From contig OX597818.1 of the NCBI GenBank assembly GCA_951406725.2, positions 144,398,001-144,462,000 of the forward strand: a stretch of 64,000 nucleotides of DNA, in the 5' to 3' direction. The notes beneath the pieces were generated by a model. That model did not search any database, was not told where the DNA came from, and saw only the letters and a program-made list of their open reading frames with translations. This DNA is from Octopus vulgaris. Lineage: Eukaryota. Position numbers and translations under genes: made by a program. Within the stretch, counting starts at the first letter, position 1, and each line of letters starts with the position of its first letter. Shown piece by piece: positions 1-12,675 of the stretch.

Positions 1-664
1 AGATACTACAAATATATATATCTCAGACAGTACCTGAAAATGGGTATGTCTGAACATAGATATAGCTCTGAAAAGAAACACTGGTTTTTTGGATGCAGAC
101 CTAGGGGTCAGCTGAAAATTTTGTGGACGTACTGGGAGAGAGGGAGAGGAAAAAAAAAAGTAAATTTTATTTCATTCTATTTCTCTCTTGGCTATCACTG
201 CCTCCAAGTTTCCTTATTTCTTCACACCAATTTCTTCCAAATTTTGCTGCTACCCTCTGTCACCATTGCTTTGGTCAACTATTTTTAATTCCCCACCATT
301 CATTCTCCTGACCAAACATGGATCACTCTGGCCACTGACTTTCTTTCCTAGTTTAAGTTTCCATGCATTGAGAACTACAACAATTCAAGGTTGCTGCACC
401 TACATGTACAATGTGCTTGCAAGGTTCAGCATTAGTAATAGTGGCTTGTTGTGAAAATGCAGTTTCCTTGTCGAAGATTTCTTTGCTTTGTATACAAGTT
501 ACACTACTGACATATACACGAGTAAATAGAGTATCTTTCCTACTGGCCATAGAAAATCTTCCAGCTGTCATATCCATTTAATATAGATGCTTCTATACAA
601 ACACACACACCACAAAGAGAAATAATAGAGCTAGATTTGAAAGCAAACAAGAAAGGAAGCCTAC

Positions 665-794
665 CATCAAGTTCTCTGTTGTGGTATTTATTGACAGCAG
701 CTACAGCATCATTATATGATAAATAAACAACTTCTGCACAACCAGCTTTCAATAGATGGGCCTTTTTTAGGGCTCCAACTGCACCAAACAACTC
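665..794 (-). CDS. POLDIP3: POLDIP3-like exon 7 (130 nt, ELFGAVGALKKAHLLKAGCAEVVY...KYHNRELD; RRM core); further exons probably lie outside the window
   Basis: Acceptor ttttttcttttag, donor G/gtaggc. Continues the RRM in frame from exon 6 (ORF 540..791). Confidence 0.9.
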
Positions 795-916
795 CTAAAA
801 GAAAAAAAAAGAAACCCAGATCATTCAACAGATATTATTTCAAGTATATGAATAATGAAAAGAATTTATGATTTAGGCACAAAGCCAGTAATTTTACCTA
901 ATTCAGACTACTTTAA

Positions 917-1137
917 CCCTTTAGCATTTAAACCGGCCATATCCGGCCAAAAATATTCTACCTGTTTTATGTTCAAACTGGCCAATCTGGTCTCTCACAC
1001 CAACCCTACAATATCATTTTAAAAATTAACAGCTACCTCATCAAAATCTCATAACTACAAGATAATGCATGATTAGTTCAAAACAATGTGGATAAAAAAA
1101 GCATTAATTTCGGCAGAACATTGTGAACACTAAAGGG
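917..1137. mobile_element. piggyBac-type MITE (~220 bp)
   Basis: TTAA on both sides (913-916, 1138-1141); termini CCCTTTAG...CTAAAGGG; related copies at 28687 and 46184. Confidence 0.75.
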
Positions 1138-1202
1138 TTAAACCATAAACCAAGTTTTCTAATATAAAATGAGTTATTTTTTGCTGATGGAATATTGTAA
1201 AT

Positions 1203-1240
<38 letters not shown>

Positions 1241-2296
1241 CTCTGCAAAACAATATACAATGAGTAAAAGAAAGAGATGCTATATATCAGCTGATGTTTT
1301 TCTTTTACAGATTTCAAATACTAAAAGTCATTGTTCTGATGACAAAACAATGAAGAAATGCTAATACCACTATAAACGGATATGATTTGGAATGTTGTTA
1401 AGCCTTAATGTCTTACATACAAGCTGATATCTATGAACATAGGTAAGGTAGCAGGAGGCCATAAATGTCTAGTAGCAATAGGGAAGCGGGTTTTGCAAGG
1501 CATCCTTGACAAGTAAAGGAACAAACCCGATACTGGGTCAAACAATGTCTAACCCTACATGCCAAACAGCGACAGTTTTGGTAAAATAATAATATGACTT
1601 TTGGTGCAGTAGATGTACTGGAATACTTAGCAATATAAGTAGCCATGAAATGAAGGTTAGAGAGTGACCAGGTGGGTCACTGGAAAAACAAACAAGTTCT
1701 GATATCAATGTTTATTTAATTTGCATTAGAGAAAGGTTGAATGACAGTTTAAAAAATACATAAACTTGGTAATGTAGAAATATATAAAATACAAATTAAT
1801 AATAACAGGTTTTATGCAATAGAAAATACTGAATGGACTATATCTTTTTTTTTTTTTTTATTTGCCATTAATTACTGACTGGTAAAAAAAGAAGACAGTA
1901 ACACTAAAAAGACTTCTACTTCAGTGTTGTAAAATGTTAGTTGTGGCTAACAAAAAAAATCCCAAAATATAATTTCATAAAATAGAAAGACAATCTGGGG
2001 AAGTCAGTACTTTTTTTACTCTATTGCAATGGAATACTAAATTAGCAAAAGTGTAAAGCAAGACAGGCTATGCATGTGTACATGCATAGATGTGCATGAG
2101 TGATCAATTTTCATTCATTCTTTTTTTTAATACTTGCAGAGGTCAGACAGTTCTCCAATACAGTACCTTACTATTTGTTACCATCCTTGTCATATATTTA
2201 TAAGTTTCAGTTTTTACCACTTGCCTCCTCCTCCTCTTATATATTTTGTATATAGGTAGCAGGATTGCCAGTGAGGTGACTTTCCAAAACCCGGTC

Positions 2297-2450
2297 GAGT
2301 AGGAGGGCGCCATGGCGAGCATGGAAGCAGCTCTCGGTGGTAGTAGTAAATATTCATATGAGATCTTCAAAGACTGAAGTGGAGAAGGGTTCTGTGCCAA
2401 TGGCAGTCGAGCAGGGGTCAATCAGTCAGTCCTAAGAAGCTGGTGAAAGC
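2297..2450 (+). pseudogene. Degenerate 28S (LSU) rRNA fragment in a POLDIP3 intron
   Basis: Matches conserved eukaryotic LSU blocks: GAGTAGGAGGGC...CTCGGTGGTAGTAGTAAATATTCA...GAAGTGGAGAAGGGTTC...CAGTCAGTCCTAAGA. Confidence 0.8.
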
Positions 2451-2560
2451 TTCCATGAAAGCCCCCCTCCCCCCTCGCACTTCAAGGTAGTGCTCCAGCA
2501 TGGTTGCAGTCAGATGACTGAAACAAGTAAAAGAATGTACATACCCAATAAATTAAACCA

Positions 2561-2591
<31 letters not shown>

Positions 2592-3001
2592 GATATATCT
2601 GAATATGCACATATGAAGTGTCTGGTGAATATTGTGCGCATACAAACATACATGTGTATATGTCTATATCTTAAACGAGTACACATATAGGTGGATCTGA
2701 GTTGGTGTATTCATAGATGGCACGAAGCTCTTGCTTTTAAAAGTTAGTTGCAATTACATAACAAATTACAAACTCAATTCACAAATTCACTTCAGATCTT
2801 TGAGGATGTCATACAGGACTCCAGTTTCACTACTGATAAACCTGATAAAAGGAAGACTCAGCATCAACTGAGATGGGCTCACTTGCACAGTGATCCAGTA
2901 TTTCATCTTGCCATTTGTTTCCTAGTGATTCCATTTTCTCACTAAAATGAGCAAAACTAAATGGGGACAACATGCTTCTTCTCCAGCTCAAGTTGCGCAG
3001 A

Positions 3002-3410
3002 TACTCTTTTACTCGTTTCAGTCATTTGACTGCGGCCATGCTGGAGCACTGCCTTTAATTGAGCAACTCGACCCCGGGACTTATTCTTTTGTAAGCCCAG
3101 TACTTATTCTATCGGTCTCTTTTGCCGAACCGCTAAGTAACGGGGACATAAACACACCAGCATCGGTTGTCAGGCGATGTTGGAGGGACAAGCACAGACA
3201 CACAAACATACACACACATACATACATACATATATATATATATACATATATACGACGGGCTTCTTTCAGTTTCCGTCTACCAAATCCACTCACAAGGCTT
3301 TGGTCGGCCCGGGGCTATAGCAGAAGACACTTGCCCAAGGTGCCACGCAGTGGGACTGAATCCGGAACCATGTGGTTGGTAAGCAAGCTACTTACCACAC
3401 AGCCACTCCT
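3002..3410 (-). mobile_element. tRNA-derived SINE, family A (internal microsatellite; tail ...GACTGAAACGAGTAAAAGAGTA)
   Basis: tRNA-like head (GGAGTGGCTGTGTGGTAAG...GGATTCAGTCCC); near-identical copies at 39925, 47090 and 60657. Confidence 0.8.
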
Positions 3411-3449
3411 GATACTTTATTTTAGTTGAGAAATATGTTTATATATAAA

Positions 3450-3752
3450 TGGCACTCCATTGATTATGACCAGTGTTCCAGTTGATCTGATCAACAGAAC
3501 AACCTGCTCATGAAATTAACACACAAGTGGCTGAGCACTCCACAAATGTACATACCCTTAATGTAGTTCTCGGGGAGATTCAGTACGACACAGGTGACAA
3601 GGCTGACCCTTTGAATTAGAGGTACAACTCGTTTTTGCCAGCTGAGTGGACTGGAGCAATGTGAAGTAAAGAGTCTTGCTCAAGGACACAAATTGATACC
3701 AGGAATCAAACTCACAACCTCGTGAGCCAAATACCCTAACTACTAAGTCACG
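3450..3752 (-). mobile_element. tRNA-derived SINE, family B (older copy)
   Basis: Shares its 3' part with 49070-49450 and its head/centre (cagtccactcagctggc) with 45722-45960. Confidence 0.65.
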
Positions 3753-4952
3753 CATTTTCTCTCTCTCTCTCACACACGCATGTATGCACACACACACACA
3801 CACACACCTGCTTCTCGTTACTTGATTACAATGAGTTTACATTACCAGCAATTTAAGCGAGGAGGGTTAACGTAGCAAGTGACTAATGCCAAAGAGAACA
3901 CTACTTCTGGAAAACAAACAGTGGCCTAGATAAACCAGGGATGGCATTACAAAACCTACATAATTAACTATTTTGTCACAAACTATGCAGATTGTAATTT
4001 AGTTGTACCCCAATTTCTGAACGGTGAAAATAGGCATTAATTACCTACACCAGCCAATGACTATTTAGTAATCTATTTTATTTTCTCTCACATTCTTGAC
4101 TAGGAGACCTCACTGCCACTTCTCAACTGGGCTTCACAGGGAAAGCATTTATTAGATTTTCCTCACAACACACATTGTGTACTTTTCTTCTACCTAGAGT
4201 AAAGACTCTTGATTTATTAAGACTACACACCCACTCACATGTGTATGTATGTGAACACACAGAGAAACACTCTTTCTTTGCACTTTGTTTGACTAAAGGC
4301 GGTGCTCCAGCATGGCCGTAGTCAGATGACAAACAAGCAAAAGAATAAAAGAATAGCAATTGACTGCCTTCTTTAACCAACAGACAGGAGATTATACTGC
4401 ACAGTAATCAATAGAGTTATTGTTTACAAAACCTGCATGCTTGTTTGTATTATGTCAAATCATTTTAAAAGATGACCTTTATATATCTATTCAATACAGA
4501 ATACACCTATGTTTGAAGATAAGCTTAACTGAAAGTAAACAATATCATGATCAAGGCCACATCAAAACAACATTTAAAAACATTTGAACAATATCAAGCA
4601 GTTAGTAACAGATGGCATGCTAAGAGGATATATAAATATATTTATATATATATAATAATGTTTATAAATATATATATATATATATATATAATCAGTCCAA
4701 CCCATGCTAGCATGGAAAACGGACGCTAAATGATGATGATGATGAATAATGTTTAAAAGATAGAATTAAAGGCAGAGACTTTTTATTCTTAATCCTGCTC
4801 AACAGTCAAATATCCTAACCCAAATCAACAAGTACACAAAACAAAACTAATTATAAACAACAACCACGTGTATGCAAGCACTTGTAAACAGATCGGTCTA
4901 CAGGACAACTCTCAATTTAGGTATATTTCTTTCTGCTTCACTTCAATTTAAA

Positions 4953-5306
4953 GACAAGAGCACACAGAGAGTGCAAACCTCCAGCAAGGTAACACCAACA
5001 ATTAACCAGAGATGATTTTTAATGAGAATATTTGAAATAAACTAGACTGCTCTCAAAAATGAGAATACTAAAAATGAACCTGACCACCCCCCCAAAATTA
5101 AGCAAAAGTCCAGAAAAATTATACAGAATTCTTGTCTGGTAACAGATTGGTCCCAAAATCTAATCAGTTTGTGCCAGTCACGAGGCCAAACATGCCTGAA
5201 AGTCTCATCCGAATCCATCCATTGGTTCTTGAGATATCTTGTCCACGGACAAACAAACAAACGTGACTGAAAACAATACCTCCGCCTTTGCTAAGGCAGA
5301 GGTAGT
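4953..5306 (+). mobile_element. Non-autonomous Helitron/Helentron (HINE/DINE-like) element
   Basis: Subterminal hairpin ACCTCCGCCTT-tgct-AAGGCAGAGGT at about 5278-5304, a short (CAAA)n before it, 5' ACAAGAG start, no TSD seen. Confidence 0.5.
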
Positions 5307-5656
5307 CAATAGCCTAGTAGTAAGATTTTAGAATACGTATGACTATCATTCTATAACATAATTCTAAAGTATGGAAATGTATCATTTAAAGTAAGTTAAA
5401 CAGAAAATATAATTAAGGACATATATAGTAGAAAAATTTAATTTACTGTTGTGTAGCACCCACTGACTGTATCTGGGTCATTTTGTTCACATTTTACTGA
5501 CAAATAATGTCAACTAGTGTGAGATATGTCTGGGTGACATGTAGCTCTAATTCATCACCAAATATATGAGCCACACCCAAAAACAATATAATTATGAATG
5601 GAAACTTCAAGAATGTTGATATGCAAATCTAAACAAGTGAAACTGGATTCTTAATA

Positions 5657-6874
5657 TTGGGTCATCCCATAAATGTGGTTTTTTAGACTTCTATTTTCAA
5701 AAATTAAGATATCTTTTTTTAAATCTGAAATATACTCTCCTTCATTTTCTACAATGCTCTTCCCCTCTATCTTGTAGACTTGCAAGGGCCCTCTTCCAAA
5801 ATTCACTTGTCTGTGATGAAAAATACTCCACCAGTACTTTTCTGACCTAATCTACAGAATTCATATTTTTTCCATCCAAATGATTTTATGGGGCAATGTC
5901 CAGTAAATATGGTGGGTGGGGCATCATTTCCCATTCAAACTGCTTCAGCCTTTGGAATGTCATCCTCGTTGTAGGTGGCCAACCATTATCCCGAGGGAAG
6001 AACACCTTTCATCTTGAAACCAAAGATGGTGGTTTTTCTACTAGCACTGACTTAAGCCACTCAAGCTGCTCACAGTAAATCTCCTTTGTTATCGTTTGGT
6101 TTGGGTTTAAAAGTTCAAAGAGGACTAAAGCTTTCATATCGCACCAAACAGATAACATCTTACATGGGTGAAGGTCTTTAGCCTGGGGTGCCGGTGTTTC
6201 TCCTTTCCCTACCCACAATCTTCGGCCCATTACTCATCACCAGTCACTATTCGGTTGGAAAAAGGTTCATTTGTGACTGACAGCAAAGAAAAGCACACAT
6301 TCAATCTCTGCACGCAATTAGACTCAGAAAGTTTGTGAGGAACCTACTGGCCCAATTTGCAGACATTTCTAGTAGCATGCAGTTGTTGATGATGAATGGT
6401 TGAATGACCAAATCTAAGCTTCTCTGCTAGTTCCTCAACAGTTACGATGAGATTTTGTTCCACCAGGGTTTGCAGGACATCCTCATCAAGCTTTACAGCT
6501 CTTCCAGGACGAGGCTCATCCAGGCTGCAGTTTCCGGCTCGGAATTTCTGGAATCACCACTGACACTCGCTCACACTTATTGTTTGATCCCATATACTGC
6601 ATTAATAATCCTTGCACTTTCCGCTGCGTTGTTGCCTTTATTGAACTCATACAGCAAAATATGCTGAATATGCTCCTTTGTCACTTCTATTATAGCTTTG
6701 AAAAACTAACTTAAAATCAAACTGCACTCTTGAAAACTTGCTCAAAGAATAAGAACAATGTAAAATTACTACCTGCTTTTATAGCAAAGTTGATGCCTGT
6801 AGTTTATCCCGTCTCCCCTCCGACTTTTAGTTCATGCAACTGGGCAAAACTGTATTATTTATGGGATGACCCAA
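5657..6874 (-). mobile_element. Near full-length degenerate mariner transposon (1218 bp)
   Basis: TIRs TTGGGTCATCCCATAAAT / ATTTATGGGATGACCCAA with TA on both flanks. Broken transposase segments EHIQHILLYEFNKG, IVTGDE and HPCKMLSVWCD...ELLNPNQTITKEIYCEQL. Confidence 0.92.
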
Positions 6875-9612
6875 TACAAATACTTGTAGGAAACAGGTAT
6901 AAATATTAAGAATTCTGATTTGAAGATGGAGCAAGGTTCCAATCAGGTGTAGAATGATATTGTAGATAAAGTCATAAAGCTAAGAGATAAATAAAAAAAA
7001 AAGAAAGAAAATAAATGGATAGCAAGGAATACTATCAGACAACTTGGCTTGCTAATTTTCCATATAGAAGGGACCAAAAGCAGAGGTATTCTGAATTATG
7101 AAACTGTACCAGTGTGAATCAGAATATTGTTGTCAAAAACTTTGTATATTTTGTGTAATTACCCTTGCGAAGACTGGGGCATGAATGCTATTAATAGTTG
7201 TTGAAAAAAAGGGAATACAGAAGGCTCCTCTGAAAAGACTCAAAAGTGGGACCAGCTGTTGAGGCAGCCAACTATACAGTTGGAAGAGCCATTATGAATA
7301 TGATAACAGTGAAAGCAGAACTACCAGGGATAGTTGATGCTGAAAATACCTAGTGAAGTAAGGGATACACCAGTTATTCACATAGCTAAACAGGTAGTAT
7401 AGGGTGTCATTCCCAAAGACTGACATATTAGCAGCATGGTGAAGAGTTCAAAGGAGATTCTTTAGACAGGAGCAATTACAGGGATATGAAATTGATGAAC
7501 CAAGACATGAAAGTGGCAGAGAGAATTAGAGGAGGCAAAGTTTGGTTTTGTGCACTGCTCTATTTTTAGCAAGGAAGCTCGAGAGAAATCTTACCCAAGA
7601 GTGCACTACTGTACCTAGTATTCATTTATTTTATACATGTTAAATAAAAAGGAAACTAAGACATTTCTCCATGCTGCTGCACTCATCTGCTACTTAGTTT
7701 GTAACCCAAATATACAATCATAAGCAAATTCCCACGACAGAACAAAATCAGGCTAAACAAATAAGATACAACAATCTATTTCTGGATTGTACTAAATATC
7801 ACAGGACAGAATAATGGCATTATAATCTCAGACCCAGTTCTGTAGTCATTCTCAAGACACTGATTATGTCTACGCCGTTTTAAGATTGTACAAGTAGAGT
7901 TGATAGAGACTAAACAATAACTGCATCATGATAGCTTATAATAATTTATTAAGAAATAACTACATGAAGAAGTATTTAATAAGTATTTGACAACTCCTTA
8001 AACATATATTGACACTGCTTACTTAATAAAGAAACCAAGGTAAAATAAGTTTACAACTAACAATATTTTTTACTACTGTGCCACAATTTTTTATAGAATG
8101 AAGAACTGTTTTATCTACACCTATTTTCTTTCTAAAGAAGTTTCATGAAATTTGAATGGGTAATTTAATTCTATGTCTATGTGAAGAATTATCAACAGAA
8201 AAACTCCATAAGTTTCTAGCAGTCAAGTGTAGAGTTTTAAGATTTCCAGCAGCTCCCAAAATTTATGCAAATACTGAAATAAAATCGTCATCCATTCTAG
8301 CAAGACAACAGATGGTAGTAAAATACTCATTACAATTATTAATCAACCCTTATTAAATTGAAATGTATGAGCATTTGGAATCATTGCCCATCAAAGAGAA
8401 CAAGTAACTCCAAATAGGAACTCAGACCACGACAAATCATCCAATCTAAGCTGATATGAAAAGCAAACGTAAAATTATGACTGATGAAATAAAGTATATG
8501 AAATAAAATTGATATGGAATATGTTTCATCTTTTTTAGCGAGAACTCCTCATTCCAGAATATGAAGGAACAAGAGTACAACAAAAGCAGGTACACTGCAA
8601 TGGGTGCAGCATGATTGTATGGTTAAGCAGTTCACTTCACAATCACACAAGTCCAGGTTCACTCTCACTGCATAGCACATGGTGAAAATGATCTTCTACA
8701 ATAACCCCAGGATGAACAATAAACCTGTAAGTGGAATTTGGGAGTTAGAAACTATGTAGAAGCTCTATTTCAACTACTGTGAAACTATTTGAAAAAAGAA
8801 TGTTGCAGTAATGAAAAAGACAAATGACAAAGATGAAAACTTCACCACCATCAGCTTTGCTCTGCTCTTTCTATGATACACACCTTGTGCAGTCAAATGC
8901 TTCATGCAAATATTGAACTTCTTAGTCACCAGATGAAGCAACATAAGAAATATGTGAGAGAAGAAAGAATACTACTTGGAAATAAAAAAAATTGGTGATA
9001 TTATGTGTGTGAATGTGTGTGTATACATGTGTATATTCTACCAATGCATATCAGTAAAGTGGGTAAACATCACTGAGAAAGACAAAAGAATGATGCTCTT
9101 TGAATGAAATTTTTTGTGATATTTGTTCTGCCCTGAATTTAGAAACTTCCATGTGTCACTTTTACAGTCAAAAATGCAGTGAACTAGAGACTAGTTGAAC
9201 AGAAACTGAAAATGTGATATAAATACTGCAAAAGGTAAGCATGCTCAGGTCATTGCTACAGAAAGGGAGATAATAATGGTTAACCCCTTTAACTAGCGTT
9301 AAAAATTTATAAGACTCAATTTGTGGAATTTATCACCATTACATCACATATAAACTCTAATTTACGCTGGTATATACATACAATTAAAAGTACTTTTAAA
9401 ATAAGCTTTTGAGGTCCCACTCTCTTTCCAGAAGAAAATTAAAGACATTAGACACAATTCTCAGCAATATGAAAATATCACTATTCCCACATTCATCACA
9501 GCTAAAGTTACAACTATTAGAATTTGTTCATATTTATTCTTCTTTGAGCTATTAGGATTTTGTACTGTTGTAACATTTTTCATCTAGAGTGAAATAAAAT
9601 GCTTTGACTTAC

Positions 9613-9708
9613 AATTATATCATCTTGAGTGACAATTGGATGAAGATTAGTGACCAACACACGGTAGCCAGATGAAGATGAAGAATTGGAGAGAATGTCA
9701 GAAGAAAA
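9613..9708 (-). CDS. POLDIP3: POLDIP3-like exon 6 (96 nt, ...GYRVLVTNLHPIVTQDDII; start of RRM)
   Basis: Acceptor ttgtttcag, donor gtaagt. The peptide matches the POLDIP3 RRM start (V.NLHP.VT.EDI). Confidence 0.9.
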
Positions 9709-10344
9709 CTGAAACAAATCAAATCAAGAAATTTATGAACAAAAACATATTTAGATAAAGAAGAGTTCCTTTCTAAATGTATCTGAGACATTAAAGAGAT
9801 TTATCTATCAAAACCATTTACTGTGAAAAAAAACCCCATTACTATCTGGTTTAAATGGTTCCTGTATATTGTACATGACAGCTGTAGGAAATATGTAAAC
9901 AAAGGCTAGCAAAATGAGCATGCAGTGAAGAACACAGCACAACAGAATAATTGCTGAAAACAAGTAAACAAAAAATGTGGTACACACTAAAAAAAAAAAA
10001 AAAAAAAAGTTTGCTTCAAGCTTAATTTCCATGGTAATTAAATGGATGACATTACAAGACTTGCTGCCAAAGAGGACAGCAGCTTGTTGCAAGGCCAATC
10101 CCAATCCAGCTAACTATTGCTGGTATGTGTTTTCAGCTGCATAGATTGTAATGAAATGCTTTGCTCAAAAACACAACATCCTGCTCCATAAATATAAAAT
10201 TCAAAAGTTCTTGAGACTGTCAAAATGATGAATCTCTATGTATGTGAGTATTCACAAATACTTATGTATTTATATAAATTTGGTTGATAAAACAGGAGAA
10301 ATTTAAGTGAATATTTTAATGTCTACTATTCCAAGCTTGCATAG

Positions 10345-10512
10345 GTCAGACTTTCTCCAGTTTCCTGCCCTTCAAGTCACCAACCTGTCAGACTTTCTCC
10401 AGTTTCCTGCCCTTCAAGTCACCAACCTGTCAGACTTTCTCCAGTTTCCTGCCCTTCAAGTCACCAACCTGTCAGACTTTCTCCAGTTTCCTGCCCTTCA
10501 AGTCACCAACCT
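10345..10512. repeat. Perfect 42-bp minisatellite, 4 copies
   Basis: GTCAGACTTTCTCCAGTTTCCTGCCCTTCAAGTCACCAACCT repeated four times exactly. Confidence 0.95.
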
Positions 10513-12231
10513 GTTTGTTTCCAAACAAGCTAATATTTCTCCGTTACATGACATCTATGGATGACTAGAAAGAACATCATTTGGATGACAGAGGCATTTG
10601 TTTAACTATCGTGGGATGCCAAGACAATAACATACACAACTAGCAACTTTCTGTTTCCATCTACCAAAAGCACCTGCAAGATTTTGGTTGATCTGAGGCT
10701 GCTGTAGAAGACACTTGTCCAAGGTGCCATGTACCAGGACACAACCTAAAATCATATGGTTAAGAAGCAAACACCTCAACCACATAGTCATACCTGTATA
10801 CACACACACACACACACACTATATATATATACATTTCCTATCCATGCAAATATGGAAGATGGATGTTAATGATTTTAAAACAATGACTGGAAAATTTGGT
10901 AATTTTTCATTCCTCGTTGTTTCATTATAGGAAATACAGTATGAATAATAATAATCTTTTCTGCTATAGGCACAAGGCCTGGAATTTTGGGGGAGAGGAC
11001 CAGTCGTTACATCAACCCCAGTGCATAATTGGTACTTAATTTACTGACCTGAAAAGGATGAAAAGCAAAGTCAACCCCAGCGGCATTTGATAATGATAAT
11101 TTTACAATAGTTATTTATATACATGTAGAGGATCTATTGTAACTCTTCAGACAAAAATTATATTTCAATCTCACAGGAGACTTAGGGGTTGATAAAAAAA
11201 AAAAGGTGCATGGATAGTATCCAATCCAACCAAAAAGTGTAATGATGGTTACTTCTGATAATGACCCTATGAAGAAGGTGCCTGGGAACAATACCCCAAC
11301 AACCCTCCCAGGAATAATGGACAAAGAAAATGCATGGATGGACAATGGGTAGAAATCCTGTTACTGTTTTACAGAGTTTATTAACATGACAGGATATATT
11401 ATAGTCACGAGGAATACTTTTTAAAAATATGTCAAAAACTGTAGTTCCAAGAAAGTACAATTCATCTCAAATTACAATGCCAATCTATTTTGGTCCTAGA
11501 TAAGGAACTCAAATTTGAGAATGGATTTCAATGTTCCTGTGGAGAATTTGTGGGCAATAGATACCATATAACTTGGAGATGTTATCTGTAATAAATCAGT
11601 GTCTTAACTAGGAGATATTCAACTCACATCAGTTTAACCCGTAATAAAACTGGAGTTAACAACCATTGCTTAAAAATCATATGAGGCTTAATTTTTTTTC
11701 ATGGCTTAGTCAGGAGTCCATGATCTCTGAAGAGCTGTTGAGACTGGGCAGAATTGAAAAGAACTAGTTACAGATTGTTGCAGTAGGTAGCATTGCAAAT
11801 CAAGTTATCTATCCTCAGGACCAGGTGATGATGTTGAAATGGTGCATCAAATTAGGTCTAAGACTTACGTATGTATAAACAAAAGAACAATCCAAGCATG
11901 GAAAAGAAGTTTGGTTACTTGCCAACTAGAGTTCAAACTCTAACCTAGTAAACTACCATGACTTGTCTCTTTGTTAATTTAGGTGTAAATAGATTGTGAC
12001 TATAATTACTAATTTCTTGGTTCAATGGCTGGGGTTAGGAAGAGCAATGAACAGTGGAAAATGTGTTTCAATATTTACTTAATTTGGAAAAAAAGAACCC
12101 CAAAAAACTAACAAAGAAAACCTTTAAACCTTTCTAGCACTGACAAATTGTAAAATAAAATAGTGATCATTACTGTTTTGACATTAACTTGTACTCATGC
12201 AGATGTCGAATTCAAAAACCGAATTACTCAC

Positions 12232-12675
12232 CTGGTCATGTGAATCAACATTACTTGCAGGTTTCATACGTTTCGTAGCAGATGGAACAACCCCAAAATC
12301 TCTGGACTGACGAGGAAATTTGATAAGACTTTCCCGATCTAATGGTAAGGAAGATTTCGATGGATTGCTAGCAACTTCGTATTTGTCTCTACTACGAGTC
12401 ATTGATGAAGAAGAAAGTACAGAATTCTGGCTGAGCCGTAATGACCATGGAGATGAGGATGATGACTGTTGTGGAGGTGGTGGTGGTGGGGATGAGGGTG
12501 AAGTAAGGTGTCGAGCAGAAGAAGTGAGAGAAGAGTACCCAGAGGTACTCAAATGTTCGTAATCATAGTCTATGGATTTAGGAGTAGGGATTTTCTCCCG
12601 ATAATGATCATTCTTCAATTGTATAACAGGACCTCTGAGGGGCTCATAAGTTGCGATATTTGACCTTTCATCACT
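12232..12675 (-). CDS. POLDIP3: POLDIP3-like exon 5 (444 nt, Ser/Pro-rich low-complexity region, phase 0-0)
   Basis: Lies inside ORF 12184..12729. Acceptor ttcaattgtttcag, donor CAG/gtgagt; 148 open codons. Confidence 0.8.

Noticed and set aside
353-664. Read-through of the RRM ORF (540..791) past 665, and ORF 353..577 as the next POLDIP3 exon
   Set aside because: A GT donor follows ELD-G, and the downstream translation is low-complexity and unlike the POLDIP3 C-terminus; treated as intron.
7850-7920. CTGATTATGTCT...AGACTAAAC, hammerhead-like spacing
   Set aside because: Both core halves deviate, and I found no helix I or III pairing.
10345-10512. Regular repeats that might suggest a CRISPR array
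   Set aside because: The units are contiguous with no unique spacers, the context is a eukaryotic intron, and there are no cas genes.
11498-11585. Possible extra POLDIP3 exon after a ttattacag acceptor in intron 5
   Set aside because: Weak pyrimidine tract, an in-frame stop after 29 codons, and exon 5 already joins exon 6 in frame.
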